Part shown: positions 27,551-41,900 of the stretch, one piece after another | Numbering within the stretch: the stretch's first letter is position 1 | Layout: each line of letters begins with the position of its first letter | Assembly (NCBI GenBank): GCA_964187785.1 | Contig: OZ076409.1 | Coordinates: 2,730,001 to 2,794,000, forward strand | Source of the DNA: Amphiscolops sp. MND2022 | Lineage: Eukaryota | Direction: 5' to 3' | Length of the DNA: 64,000 nucleotides | The notes under the pieces: model-generated | What the model saw: the letters and a program-made list of their open reading frames with translations, nothing else | Databases searched by the model: none | Told to the model about the DNA's origin: nothing | Translations under genes and position numbers: made by a program

Positions 27551-30500
27551 TATTGTAATCTCTTTGGTCAAGAAGGTTATTCAACAAAAAACTGTATTTT
27601 GTCTATCAATTTTTTCTTACTGAGTAGCATCAGGTTATTGCATATAGACAACAATAGCAGGTACTAGGAAATACAGTCAAAATAACTAATGTACTATAAA
27701 TAGCATCAGTTTGGGTCTGTTTATAGATTTTTCTCTAATTCTTTTACTTCTATTTCACTCCTTCGCCGCGATTGGGTGATGGCTGACCAATGGGGGAGGT
27801 TTGTCTTCTTTGGCTGTGTTCCGTCCATTGCTTCTTCGTTGTATCACCGGTGGTCCGCGGTTGCTCAATCGTCCGGTCGGTATGTTCTGCCTGGATTGGT
27901 CTATTGTTTGTGTTGGTTAGTATTCGAGCTGCTGGTTTTGTCCCGAATGTTTTCCTCGGTCTCTGATGTCTTCTGTGCATTAGACTGTTTCCCGTTTTTC
28001 CTGTAATCAGATGGTACGGGATTTTAAGGTCTAACAATAGGATTTGTTTTTGATAGTCTTTTTGATCTGCGCAAATTTTGATTTTTTGTTTCTTGTTCGA
28101 TTTCGGTGCTAGAGCTTAAGTTGCTAATTAGTTCTAATTTAGAAATTTCTGCTTTTGAGTTTTTTTTGTTATCTTCTTCCCCTCCGTATGTAGTGTTTTC
28201 AAAATTTTGAACTACTTTACCGTTTGAGTCTTTAATGTAAAGTTCTCTGTCCGCTTCCCTTGCGTCTTTGATAACACGGTCTACATCCGTGTCTGTCATA
28301 TTGTCCGTTATCGCGGTCAGCGGACCAAGGCTGTCTGTTGAGCCGGCAGGCGAGCCGGATTTTTGCCTGTTTTGGATCGGTTTTCCGATGAATGATCCAA
28401 ATGATCCACTCTTTCTTGCATTTAAAGTGGTTTGGCTGTCACGAAATTGTGTGCCCTCGGATATTTGCGTTGTATCCATTTGTGGTGTTGTTGGATTGCT
28501 TTTCTCCGAGTCACTGTCTGATATGGCTTTGCTTATTATTCTGCATGATTTTATGAACCGGCTGTCCACTCCTGGCAATCCCGTTCTTCTGTTGTTCTGT
28601 TCCTGTGCAAATTCAAAAATTGATTTACTGATGTGTATTCTAAGTATTTTTTTATTATCCGCGGTGTAACCGTGTGTTTTGTACCCATAATGGCAGTTTG
28701 TACTTTATTCGAATATGCACTATCAAAATTCGGTTTGTTCACCTTTTACTCAAGGAATTGGAAAGGGTATTTACTCGCTACTTTTGATCCCTTCTTCTGT
28801 TTCATCGGTAGCTGGTCAGAAGCACTGCCAGCTCCGTAGAAGGATTATACCGGTAAGGTATCTGGTTTTGCTGAAAAACAATTATTCGTTATGGTTTTCA
28901 GTGTATCTATGTTTAGTGGGTTACTGACTTCGTTGTTCGGTTCTCGTCCGTCATGTAATTCGAAAGCGGACTTTCCTAATTTTGTATGGGGAGTTTTTCA
29001 CATTACGTTAAGTGCAAAATCTAATGCTTCATTAAATTTTCCCCCGCTTTTATGTTTTAAGTAGCGTTTCTTTCAGTGTTCTCAGTCGGTGTTCGACTAA
29101 TCCTGTGGGAGGAGTATGGATGTACGGTGTTCAGTATATGAGATTTATATAGTGGTGTTTGCAAAATTCTCTGCACGTACGGCCCGTAAATGCCGTGGCC
29201 TTGTCCGTTTGTATCGTTTTGTGGATGCTGTTTAGATTTTTGTATTGTTCCATACATTTAACCGTAGTTTCACCATCTGTCGTTTTACAAACGCTTGCCG
29301 CAGGCCATTCACTATACCGGTCCACTGAAAGTAAAATGTAAAATCTTTGGTTCTTTTCGGTTATTGGACCAATAAAATCCAATTGGGATTCTTCGTTCGG
29401 TTTACTTAGTGCAGGTAATTGGTTTTTTCCCGTATTATGTAAGTTAGGATTGATGTTCTCACCGGAAATTTTGCACGAGATACATCCGTCGCATTTTTTT
29501 TGTCAGCCACCAGATGTGTTTTGCCGCCATTGACATCTTGTTGATGGGGGGATAGCCCTTTATCTGAGATTCTTCGGGACAATTATACGGTCTTCGTAGG
29601 ACACGAGGCCGTATCTAGTTGACAGCTTTCTTTTGCTTGGCAGGTATTCTTCTGGGATGGTGTCTAGTTCTTGTCTTTCAAGACACACGAGCGATTTTAG
29701 GAGGGTCGGGTGGTTTGTTGTCTCCGTCATCAGCAACTGAAGGTGGGTAGAGAAATACTTTTCTCATTCACGTACCGCATTTCCGAGGTCCCAATCGTTT
29801 GGTTTTTCGGCTGTTTTATGTATTGGACGGTATTTATGCCCACGTACTTTGCCCAAATGACTGCTGGGGTTTCGAGTGTGCAAGGATCATGATCGGAATC
29901 CAAATCTATTTCCCCATCATCCATCGGGGTTGTTTGTTGTTGTGACATTGCGTGGATTGCTGTTGACGGCCGGGGTCTGTCTTCTGGGTATTTCGGTGCT
30001 TGAGGTCTGTCTAGGTCCCAAAATGGGTCGACCGTCCATTGCTCTTGTCATCTGCAGTGCGGTTGGAATCCCCCCGTTTTGTCTTGCTGTCTCCTCTCTT
30101 CTATGTTTCTAATCGCTTGTTGGAGATGTTCCTCAATGACCCGTCTTTCATTCCTTATATATTTTGGCTTGTGGTATTTCTCTCAACGGCCACCGGATGT
30201 TTGTGAATTCAGGGCTTTACGATATCTCTCCATCCTGCGATGAGATGTCTTGTTTCTGCTGATGGATATGCTTGTTCAAGGATATCAATAGTTCTTGCGT
30301 CCATAATAGAATTGTTTTTGTAACGATTGAAATTGAGCGGTCGATGAATGATCGGTTGTGTAATTTAAGTTAATCAATGGCTGTTTGTTCACGCGTTTTG
30401 AATGGTTTCGCTTTGCGCAGTGTTTTGATTTGCGTCTCGCTTTGTGATTGGTTAAATTGGTTGCTAAGGCAACCATGTTTGGTCACAAAATCGTAGTGCG

Positions 30501-33500
30501 GGATGATGTTATTGATAACGTAATCTTCGTCGTATGCTTCATCTGCTTGTCGTGGTGCGGACGGATTTCGACAGAGAAAATCCGTGAGTGCTAAATGCTT
30601 ACCGACTTAATGGCTTACGTTAATTGAGAAATGCGCTAAGCGGTCAAGCAATCTCGTCAGCCGTGCGCTGTATGTTTTGTTGGATTGGTTGCGTTTAATT
30701 ATTGGTTCTAATGCTTGGTGGTCGGTGAGCAAATTTATCGGTGTAACGTAAATGTACAAGCAAAAATGTTCTAATCTCAATACCACTGCCAACAGTTCTA
30801 TTTCATTGATTGCATATTTTTTTTCCGTATCTGAAAGAAAGCGACTGGCAAATCCGATCGGTTCCAAGTATCCGTTTGGTTGTTCTTACCAGAGCGTGGC
30901 GCCAAGTCCTCTAATACTGGCGTCTGTGGTTATTATAATTGTGTAATCCGAATTACAATGAGTCAAAAACGGTGAATCCATGATTTTTTGTTTTATATTT
31001 TCAAACGCTTCAGTATTTTCGTCAGCCTAATTCCAAGCGTTGTCTTTTTCCAGTGAATGTCTTAGAATATCGATTTGAGCTGAGAGGTTTTCGATATATT
31101 TTGATAGGTAGTGGATTGCGCCTAAGAACGATTTTAGTTCTTTTTTGTTTTCCGGTTTCTTTAGTTTTTTTTATTGCAAGTAAAATGTCTTGCAACGGTC
31201 TGATACCAATTTGGTCGATTTTGTGACGGATCCATTCTATTTTGATTTGGAAGAGCTCTGATTTGTGTTCACTGAGCCTGTAGCCTGCGTTTTCCAGCCT
31301 TGTTAGCATGTCTCTTAATTCATCCATTTGAGTTTGTTTTGAGCCCTTGGGTACCACTATAATGTCGTCAAACAGGCTGGATGTTTAGTATCCAATGTTT
31401 GGTTCAATTTTTCTTGAAAAATAGTTGGTATGTGTTCTAGCCCGTAGAATCCTTTTAGAAAACGGTAGCAACTGGTAAAGTTTCATCCGTTTACAGCAAA
31501 GATGCAGAAGTTCATTGCCCGTTTTGATAGTTGTAATTGACCGTATGCGTATTCGATCTAAATTCGATCTAGATTTCGTCCGCCGGTCCATCTGCAACTT
31601 TACTGGATATTCTTGAGATCAGTTCCTCCAAATTGGGCATTTGTGCTTTCCTTTTTACCGTTATTTCATTCAGTTTTCGTAAATCCAGGGCTATGTTTAC
31701 CGATGGTAATTACTTTTTTCGATGGTAATTATTGCCGGGTTTACGAAGCATGTTTCATCGATGTTATTTGCTTTTTCGATATGCCCTTGACTTTTCAATT
31801 TTTCGATTTTTGTTCGACTGCGGATTGTAGGTGGATCGGGAACGGTCTACCATTTTGTTGTATCAATTTTGCCCCTTCTTTCAACCTATTATCTACTTCC
31901 ACGTTATTCCTCGCGTGATTTTCGTTAAATAATTTGTGGAACTTACGCTTAAGTGTCGTTATGTCGTGGTCTGCTGTGTTTCCCGTTTTGTTTTTGTGGT
32001 TGATGTTTGGGTTGAATTTGTCTGATTCTAGGGTGATTCCCAGCTTCCCCATCCAGTCTAGGCCAAGTCGTGGGTGTGTATTTTTGATTTTTATCAATAG
32101 TTCCAGTTGATACTTTGTACCGTCCGATTCAATGTTTGCGGTAGTTCTCCCTTAAAGTTTTGTTCTATTGTAGTTCACGTCCCGACAACCTACAGGAATC
32201 AGTTTTAGTCCTGTCATTTTATTGAATTTACTTTGGGATGAGAATTACTGGTGAGCCTGTAACTATTATTAATTTGATTGGTCGGTTATTAACCAATAAC
32301 GTCGTAGTGTAGAACGGCGGTCCGTTCTTGTTGTTTGTTGCCAGTGAATGGATTTTCTGTTGTATTGAATGTATTCTATACGGTGTCCAGTCGTATTCAT
32401 CGGCACTATCTGCTTCTTCTTCCGCTATGTGGTTAATTTTTTTCATTGAGCGGCAATTTTTGGCATAGTGTCCGGGTTTACCACATTTAGCACATTTCGT
32501 TCCTTTTTCGGACATTCGTGTTGTTTGCACCAGTTCTGTGCCCCGCATCTGTTACAATCCAATTTTCTGATTTACTTGTTTTTGTCTGCTTGCTCTTTGG
32601 TGAGTTGATATTTTCTCTTTTTTATGTATCTGATTTTCTTCTCCTCTTCTGTTTCTGGAGAGTCGTTCATTTTTTCGTACATGTATTCGTGTCTGGCATC
32701 TGTTATTGCTTCTACTGACATGTCGATTTTTCGTATCTTTTTTTAGGCTCATAGTCTCCTGTCGATTTTCCTATGAGTGATAGGAATTTTGATGCTGGTA
32801 GTTCTGCAGCTGTAATTTTTTCGAACTCAGATCTTTTTGACTTCCAGGATTCTTTTCCAGGCGTTTGCTGCTGATTCTCCGTTTTCCCTTTTCAGGTCGA
32901 AGAAGTCTCTGACCGGTTGTGCTGTACGTTCCATCCAGGTGTATAGTGTAGTCAAAAGAGGGTGTATAGTTTGTGTAGTGGAAGGGAGCTCGGTTCTGTT
33001 TCTCTTACCGCCTTGGTCATTTCGGTAAGTGCGTTTTGTCCGATTGCCCATATGATTATGACCTTTATTTTGGTTTCCAATTGTTCCCCATACTGTGGTA
33101 AGATTTTTTTGGAATTTACCATTGGTGAGATGTCAATATCTTTCGTCATCTTCACGAATTGGACGAATTTTCGCCACCATAAATTTGCACTGGAACTGTC
33201 GTTCTTTTCCAGTCTTGGTATGGATAGCTTCTGAGTGCAAGTCCGTTCTCCCGTTCTTGTAGAGGTTTCATTGAACGGTAGTTGGCTGCTTGATGTTTGT
33301 TCCAGCCTCCGGTTGGATTGTTCGCCATTTGTTGGTGGCGTGTTGTTTGGATCGTCCTTTATTTCAATATGTTGTGAATAATGGTTTTCGGCTGAGCGTA
33401 GGTTAGCCTGACTGTGCCATGTTGTAATATCTTTGGTCAAGAAGGTTAATCAGCATAAAACTGTATTTTGTCTATCAATCTTTTCTTACTGATTATTATC

Positions 33501-33627
33501 AGGTTATTGCATTTCGACAACAATAGCCGGTACTAGGACATAAAGACAATCTATTTAAGGTACTATAAATAGCATCGGTTTGTGTCTGTTTATAGCTTGT
33601 CCTCTAATTCTTTTTACTTCTACTTCA
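27551..33627 (-). mobile_element. Full-length but decayed Ty3/Gypsy (Mag-like) LTR retrotransposon
   Basis: LTRs ~27551-27757 and ~33420-33627 (roughly 80-85% identical by eye); PBS TGGCACAGTCAGG next to the 5' LTR; purine tract before the 3' LTR; domain order gag-PR-RT-RH-IN. Confidence 0.93.
28024..33400 (-). pseudogene. gag-pol pseudogene of the minus-strand Gypsy element
   Basis: Zn knuckle CAKCGKPGHYAKNC, protease IIVTGSPV, RT fragments (31022-32097), RNase H PIGFASRFLSDTEKKYAINEIELLAVV, integrase DFIGPI...SVDRYSEWP, C-terminal LRRSKR; multiple stops and frameshifts. Confidence 0.92.
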
Positions 33628-36600
33628 TAAATTGAAACGTAGAAAAAATAATATAGCCCATGAAAAGGCTTCCCATAAGCAGAGGCTTTTCGAGGAGAAA
33701 ACTTTTGAAACAGTATATTTGTTTTCATTATTTTTTTTCGATGTGGTAGAGATTGACTTTTATTCAACAGTTTTTATCTATCCAGCAAAAAATTTAATTG
33801 TAATTTTTGACTGTAAATTGTGTTTTTGAAAACTTCTTCCTTGAGAAACTCTGATTATTTTTATCATGCAAATTGATCAATGTTGATTAGTTTTTGTTGA
33901 CAAGCACAACTTATTATATACTTGTTGAATATTTCCCAGCTTGAAATAATTATAAATAGCTCTTCATCACGGTTATTACTATAACTATTACTATTAGTAA
34001 TTAAAATCATTATTCTGATTATGAAAGAAAAAATTTTTAGCGGAATCTTCATTAGTTTTCCATCAAAGAGAAAAAGCAATGAAATCGAAGATATGCAGTT
34101 AAAAATATATCGTTTGAAAAAAATTGACCGCATGATCAAACCGCAAACAGAGATGCGAAAATTTTATCTAAAAAGGTCACATTTTTGCTATTTTTATCCA
34201 TCTAGATTTCCTGCATGGTGGCTTCTTTTATTCAAACTGTTGCATTATCTCGGCGTTTGAGTGCTGATCGAAAAATTGAATTTTTGACTATGAACGTTTG
34301 CAGCGATCAAATCTTGTAACATTTCAAAACGCAGCTTCCCTTAAAAAACTAGCCGAGTTGGAAACTTGACAGGAAGATTGAATTATCTCTTGCTATTTTC
34401 TAGTTCATAACTTTTCATCAAATAGCCAACACGGCTGCGATAATTACTCAAGAATTACCGTTTTCAAACGCCAAAATGCCCATAAAAGGAAAAAATTTCC
34501 ATTTAAGGAAGTTTTTTTCAAATCTACTGGTAGTCTTATTTTCTGATAAGCGTAGACAAGTTTTTCTCAGACTCGGTAAATCAATGCTCCGGAAAAATTA
34601 TAATTAAAGCTGAAAGAAGATCAGAAAAATTTGGCGGAAGATTATAGAAACACTATTAAAATCGAAACTAGTTAATGAGCAACGCCAATTAGAATAAAAG
34701 CAAAGAATTAACGATTTTATTTGTTTACCGGGATTTATTCTAAGATGGTTACCGGGGAATGCTAGACGATTGATTTTTGCTAATCACCGTTAATCTTTTT
34801 ATGTGTTTTCATTTTCATGACGTTCGAGTTAGGCTGGTGCCTTTTTTCTGACGAGAAAAAAACTAATCGTTTGACTATTGTTTCTATCTTGGGTCTCCAA
34901 TAATTTTTTTAGATAAAGTGACCATTCAACAAAATGCATGAAAGGAATTAAATTAATGCATAATTTATTTCCAGTGTCAATCATGATTTTTTTTCGGCCG
35001 GAAAGTCTCGATTTTGAACAACATTTGAAATACGGAAAAGCTTTCGGAACACTGAACTCGGAACATGTGTCTAAATCCCAAATCAAGCCCCCGCGTACAC
35101 AATTCTTTTAGTCAAAAATCAACTTCCAGAAAAAGTGTGGATGGATTCCTATCTTTCTGTGAATGAATTCTCAATATAACAGTACCAACAAACTCAGCGA
35201 GGATTAAAAGGGTTGTTTTGCCTATATTTTTACCATACACACTAAAAAATAAACTTCTTTTTAAACTGAAAATGTTTTTTTTTTAACAATTGCACACTGC
35301 CTAAAAATTCAAAAGGCGACACTTTGAGTATCAGATTGCTTTTCATAACGAAATGCCGAGAAAACCGAAATGAGATGTTTTGAAAATGTGAAAAAAGATT
35401 GAAAAAAAAATCGCACAGTGTCGAAAAACTCAAATGAGGGAATCTTTGGGCCTGAAAGCTCTTTTTCATATCCAAAGATACAAAAATACGAAAGACACGC
35501 CTTTCGGAAAATTGAGAATTTTTCGAAAAAAAGACTTACAGTGCCGAAAATAACCTTCAAATCTAAATTTTAAACATGCTGTCTGAATCGTTATAGTTTT
35601 TGTCAGACATTGCGTGGGATTTGACTCTGAGCTGTGTTGAACCCCAAAATCTTTGAACAATGTTGCCAAAATTTTAAGTCACAACACAAAATACAGTTAA
35701 AGGCGCATATCCGAATTTTTACCGTTCCCAGCGAACTATGTTGGACCTTGCCAGTACGAAGGCAAAAATACTCATTTTTGAACAGTCGTTTGGTAACTGC
35801 ATTCGCAAAACTGCAGAAATAATTTCAGAATCTGTAGGTTTTTTTTCAATTTCAATAACTCCGTTACTTTTCGGCCAAATGATTGTGATTGAAGTCAGTC
35901 TGATTTCTTCAAAGGCGATTGAACAGGATTTACAAAAAATATCACAGTGCCACTGGGCTTTTTACTTCTTCAGTATAAAGCGGTTGTTCAGTCGAAAGCG
36001 TATTGTTTCATAATGAACTATACTATGTTAAGCTGTACTGTACTAAATATCTTTTTAAATGCGTGGGTACGGAAAACTCAACAGAGGGAAACTCCACACA
36101 GAAAACTTGACACAAAAACTCAGCACGTTTTAACACATTTAAGTAATTTTAGTTACCACCTCATTTGAATTTAACTTCTGGATTTCAAACGCAAACACAA
36201 ATGTTTTTTGAGAAATTGTGTCAAATGCATGAATTATGAGCAGTACGCACAAGGAATTAACACGTATAATATAAATCACGATTCTTATATATTTTACATG
36301 TATTCAGTATCCTAAAATCTGTTGAATTTTCTTGAGTTTAGTTTTCTGTATTGAGTTTTTTGGTAATCTTCAAGATTGAGTTAAATGCGCAAATAATTTT
36401 CTTCAATAAAAGAATTCGGTAAAGCACACAAAAAAGCAATTAAAATTGCTCCTCTAGTTTTTCCTGAACAAACATGTATTAAATTGGAAATACATACTGA
36501 TTTCAATTTATAGGGTATGAACGTGGAAAAGCATTAGTTTTATTCCCGATTTTTCAGTTTGCAACACCGAAACCAATTTGAAAGTTTGAATAATTGAATC

Positions 36601-36719
36601 ATCCGAAAACTGCTTCAAAATCAATCCAATTCCGCTCTTCAGTTCAATTTTAATTTTCATAGGTGCAGCATCAATGCAAACATGGTAAAATCTTCAATAT
36701 ATTTCGTTGCTTTTCTTAT

Positions 36720-37050
36720 CAACAACAAAGATCTACACAAGTTTGCAATTTTGTTTTGCATTAAAAATTTTAAGACTTTTTGGAATAATCGGAATTCTCT
36801 TCAAAAAAGAGTCTGTAAATTATGTAAAAATTTTGTCTTGAACTTCTGTTGATGCTATATCTAGACACTAGAATGTTTGAAAGTTGTACAATAATGGCTC
36901 AAATCGATCGATATTCAGTTTTTTGGTGTTTTTCAAACCAAAAATTTATTAAAAACGTTCATACTAAAAAGCTTTCCTTCTGAATGGCTAGTTGTTTGCT
37001 GGTATTATATATAACCCACAAAATAGTTTGAAATTGTACAAAAATTGTTT
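36720..37050 (+). repeat. Dispersed host repeat; paralog of the sequence into which the plus-strand Gypsy is inserted
   Basis: Shares ATCTACA.AAGTTTGCAATTTTGTTTT ... TTTGAAAGTTGTACAATAATGGCTCAAAT ... TATAACCCA with 38400-38681 and 46775-46965. Confidence 0.75.
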
Positions 37051-37193
37051 ATAAAAGAAAGGTCCAATTTCGCCTCTTCAATTCAATTTTAATTTTGATA
37101 GGTGCAGAATCAAAGCAAACATGGTAAAATCTTGAATCTATTTCGTTGTTTTCGAATACCGGAAATGATGATGACCTTAACTGAAGAAAATTC

Positions 37194-37230
37194 AACAAGA
37201 CGCCCGCTACGGACCGGGATATTTTCCGCT
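37194..37230 (-). mobile_element. HINE-B 3' terminus (extent of the rest unclear)
   Basis: AACAAGACGCCCGCTACGGACCGGGATATTTTCC. Confidence 0.6.
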
Positions 37231-38949
37231 AAAAATGAAACGCATTAGCAAGAAACTTGTGCGGGCGTAAAATCGCAAGATATGGAATATAGTTGAGTTT
37301 TCGTAATGTAATGATTATCTTTTTCAAAAATTAGCTTTAAAAAACAAATAGGTAGCAAAAATTAACTGTATGTATGAATGGCAGATACAAAACGTACTAC
37401 AATGCGACTATTTTAATTAAATTCTATTCGAAGTCCAATACTATTTCTGGGATTACTGAAATAAATACCCCTTCTTGGAGCTAAAAAATTATGAACTTGC
37501 GAAAATGCTTCCGGTGCGTTTCTGAGTTTCCCGTTCATTTTATTCTTCTTCGAGAAAAAAATCATATTATTCTGAACTTGAGTATGCCTAGTATGTAATT
37601 GTTTCGTTGTGGAAAACAGTGGAAAATTATGCCTATGAAAATGTCTTCAGAAAATCGCGCACAAACTGAAAATTTAGATTTTTTGGTTCTTTGTATACCT
37701 GTTTATGAAAAACCATTTTATCCGCTAGACAAGAGTATGCCGAGTAGTTAGTTAATTGCTTTGTTGTTAAATTCCGCAAATACACACACCTACAAAAAGT
37801 CAAACAAATACTGAAACAAAACGAGGAAAAATGAAAAAATTCGATTCTTCAGTTCCGTAGGGTGGAGACAGAATGAATGAGCAGTTTTGCGCTTCTAAAA
37901 TGTTGCCGCCTCTCCGGACAGTATATGCATACGAAGCTACGGTTCCATTCCTACAGCCAAGTCGTGAAGCGGTATTAGACTAGAAGCTGTGATTTTGAAA
38001 AATTCACTGAAGATCACAAATTTCTGACAGCCGTTGCTTTTTTTTGCATTTGTTTTGTCTGAGTTTTTTGTGAAACTGTTTGGGGTATTTTTTGAATGCT
38101 TCCTCTAAAAAGCGTAATGGAAAAAGTGTAAGATATTCGAACTTTCGAAAACAAATTTGAAATATGTACAAAATGCAAACAAATTCTTCTCTAAAATACG
38201 GGCTGCCTTGAAGAAGAGGTTTGTTAAAACAACAGAAAATTGGACAATAATTGCGCACAAACATCAAAAATCAAAATTTGCTCAGTCCTTTCCATCTTTG
38301 TGGGGCAATTGAGTTTTTTGAACTAAAAAAACATATTCTTCTGATGCGAAGAAAGCAAGGAGGTCAACTCTTTGATATTCAAATTTACATATCATGAAAA
38401 ATCTACAAAAGTTTGCAATTTTGTTTTATATTAAGAGTTTTAGGACTTTTTGGAATTTTTTTTTATAAAAGCGGAAGTTTCTTGAAAAAAGAGTGGGCAA
38501 TCACGTAAGAAATTGGTCTCAACCTTTTGAGGTTAAAGCCACTGGAACGTTTGAAAGTTGTACAATAATGGCTCAAATGGATCATATTCGGTTCTTTCCT
38601 TTTAATCAACCAAAAAACATCAAACGTTCAAACTAGAAAAGCTTTCCTTCTTAACGGCTTGTTGTTCGGAGGTATTATAACCGTGGAATGTAGAGGTCAA
38701 ACCATTTCACATAGACTAAACTACCATAGACAGAGAGTTGCTTGACTATACTTACAAACAAACTCTAATTGATTTCTGTCTTATTTATGTTGCTACATTT
38801 AGATACTCAGTATAAAGTACGCTCTGATACAATACAGTTTGAAAGAGATTTACTTGCCACGAATATCGTTTTTAATAGATTATAGTTAGAACCTAACATG
38901 GCGCAGTAAGCAAGATTTTATCAAACTTTCCTACTACGGCACAAAACAT

Positions 38950-41900
38950 GTTTTATCAACCTACGATTATTACAAAATGGCCGTGGCAACAAAGATACAA
39001 CTACCATACCTAGAAGATACCGGACTTGACAGAAAGAAGATCTACACACCTAAAGAATGGACCGAAAGATTCCGCAACTACATAAAAAAATCCGTAACAT
39101 CGACATCAAACCTATGCTAACGGATGACGGGTACCCACCGGTGACCCATGGGACACAAAAAAACCAGAAATTAGACAAGATTTGATCTGGGGCGCCGGAC
39201 CGTCAGCAATCGAAATTATCACAAAAGGAGAATTTAACAAGGACCCTGACACAATCAAAACCGACAAGCTGATACAACTATTCCGAGAATATTACATGCC
39301 AAAAAGGAACACATACGACAGCCGTGGAGACTTCTTCTGGGCAAAACAAGAAGAAAACGAAACACCCGAAGAACACTGGAAAAAACTAACAACGTTAAAA
39401 AAGACATGTGAATACAAAGACATCAAGCAAGAAGACCTACTCATATCGAAATTTATCACAAGCATAACCGACAAGAAACTTCGGGAAAAATTTATCCCTC
39501 AACTTAAAAACCACCGTAGAACTTGTCACACAAAACAGCTACGACCGCCGACATAAACAATCCACCATATAACCCGCATTGTCGAAAGACAGAGAGATAA
39601 ATCAAGAACTCATCCGGACAATCCAAACAAACCAATATCAAAACAACAAAAACAGAAGAAAAACAACTGTGGATTCTGCGGACGGCAAAACTGGACACCC
39701 CAACACAACTGTCCGGCTAAAACGGTAAAATGCAACAACTGCCAGAAAATAGGGCACTTTGCACGGGTATGCCGCACGAAACCCAACAAAACAAAAAAAA
39801 ATCAACTGCCTGGAACATATGACCTCCGAAGAGAACAGTGAAGGAGGGGACCCGAAGAAATACTCCAAATCACACAGATCAACAAAGTCTTACCGGACAA
39901 CAAAGATCACTACGGTGTTGAAATATTAATCAACGGGAAAAACCAAAAGTTTATCATTGACACCGGCTCTCCGGTCACTATCATGCCAAACAATCCCACA
40001 CTATACAACCCAGAAGATGTCCAACCGCTGAGGGAAAGATATCAAGACGTAAACAAAAATGAAATCAAATTCCTGGGTAAAGTATGGGTATATATCGAAT
40101 ACAACAGCAAACAAACCAAACTACCACTCCTAATTACAAAATGGACCGACATCACTCCTTTATCGGGAGTAAACTGGTTGAAACAACTGCCAATTACTAT
40201 CAACAAAATCTCATCGGACAACAAAACTGACCCATTAGAAACAACAACGATACATGCGAAATTCAAGAAACTATTCGAAACAAACCACACCATCAAGAAT
40301 ACTGAAGTGAAAATACGAATAAAGACAGGGTGCTACGCAATACAACAAAAAGCACGACCAATACCGTACCACCTACAAGACGACGTAAAAAATGAACTAG
40401 ACCGACTAATTAAATCCGAACATCTAGAAAGATTAGAAACAATCAAAGAAGACTGTTTCGTATCCCCCGTCGTAATTACGGTAAAAAAAGATAAAACGGT
40501 CAAAATTGCACTTGACGCCCGAAAATTAAATGAGAGCTGCATCAAAAAAAGACCACACATGCCAAATATGGATGAGCTACTAAACCAAATATCCTCCGAA
40601 CTATCAAAGAATGAGCTAGACACAATCTGGATATCAGTCATAGTTTTAGACTACGCTTACGGACAAATGAAACTATCACCGGGAACAAGCAAACACTGTA
40701 ATTTTGCTATTACGGGAGAGAAAATCAAAGGATACTACCGATTCCTTGACGGATTTTTGACCAATCAGAAAACACTAACAAGGCAAACATGCATGATACG
40801 CACACGCAAACAGGTACGCGCTGCAGCAAAACAAACATCAACCATTTCAATTTGAAACTGACCGCTAATCAGATCAACAACACTACATACAGTGACAATA
40901 AAACCTACACCCTTTCAAAAATATGGGACAACAACATTAACCGAAAAAAGGCGGATCGATTCACAGACGGCAGATTGAAATACCAATGGGGAGACGATGA
41001 CGAGATTATGAAAATAAACAACAGAAGAGATAAATCACCGGAGACCAAAGAATTAATTGAAAGAAGAATCAAACTGACAAACCCGGGCCACGTGCGACAC
41101 CAAAGGCACAAAACACTTGAAAGGAAAATCCTCCTCCCAAGAAAACCAGATGACGTCGACAGGAAAGAAATAAAACGGATTGACATCCGCCTACGAAGAA
41201 AAGAAGAAAACATCGGTGGCGGCTACTTTGAGAACTTCCGGAACGAAATTTCCCAAACACCCGGCACATCGGCCTAAAACAACCCGGACACCATCAGAAT
41301 CCAGAAAGCCGCACCAGACACCGAATCCACGGTCTACTCATCACCAATAGAACCGGTAATAACAGAATAACCGGGATCATACCCAGCAATCCCCGTGCAA
41401 GAAAACCGCGACGGCCCGATTGAGGAAATAGCCGTCCACTACGTGCGAGTAAATAAAATCATTGAGACAAAGGCACCGAGAAACCGTCAAGAGGAGGACA
41501 ACATCAGATCCGCGGAACTCGATTTTATGCTCGACCTGGAGACGCTAATCAAAGAAACAGCAGGCGACCCAGACTTAGTAGATGTACAATGCTGCATTGA
41601 AGACAACAACATCCAGGCCATCGCAGAAGACTACAAACAAGTAGCGAGAAAACTGACCCACCGCAGGGGAATAACAATGGTTAATGATCAAATCATCATT
41701 TCAAAAAGCCTGCGATATGCCGCACTCATCACGTTACACCTCGGCCACCCAGGAATGAACAAGATGTACAATGATGTAGTTATCTTCTGGTGGCCAAATA
41801 TGCGAGCGGACATAGAGAAGAAAGCGAAAACCTGTTCCGCATGCCTTAATGCCACGAAGAAATTATAAACACAATTACATAGTACCGAAAAATCAAAACT

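Noticed and set aside
28024..28578. env-like third ORF in the Gypsy element
   Set aside because: Low-complexity Ser/Thr/Asp sequence ending in an RRSKR motif, matching the pol tail of the other element; no signal peptide or transmembrane segment.
27546..33632. TSD for the minus-strand Gypsy element
   Set aside because: Flanks TACGT and TAAAT match at only 3 of 5 positions, so a TSD cannot be claimed.
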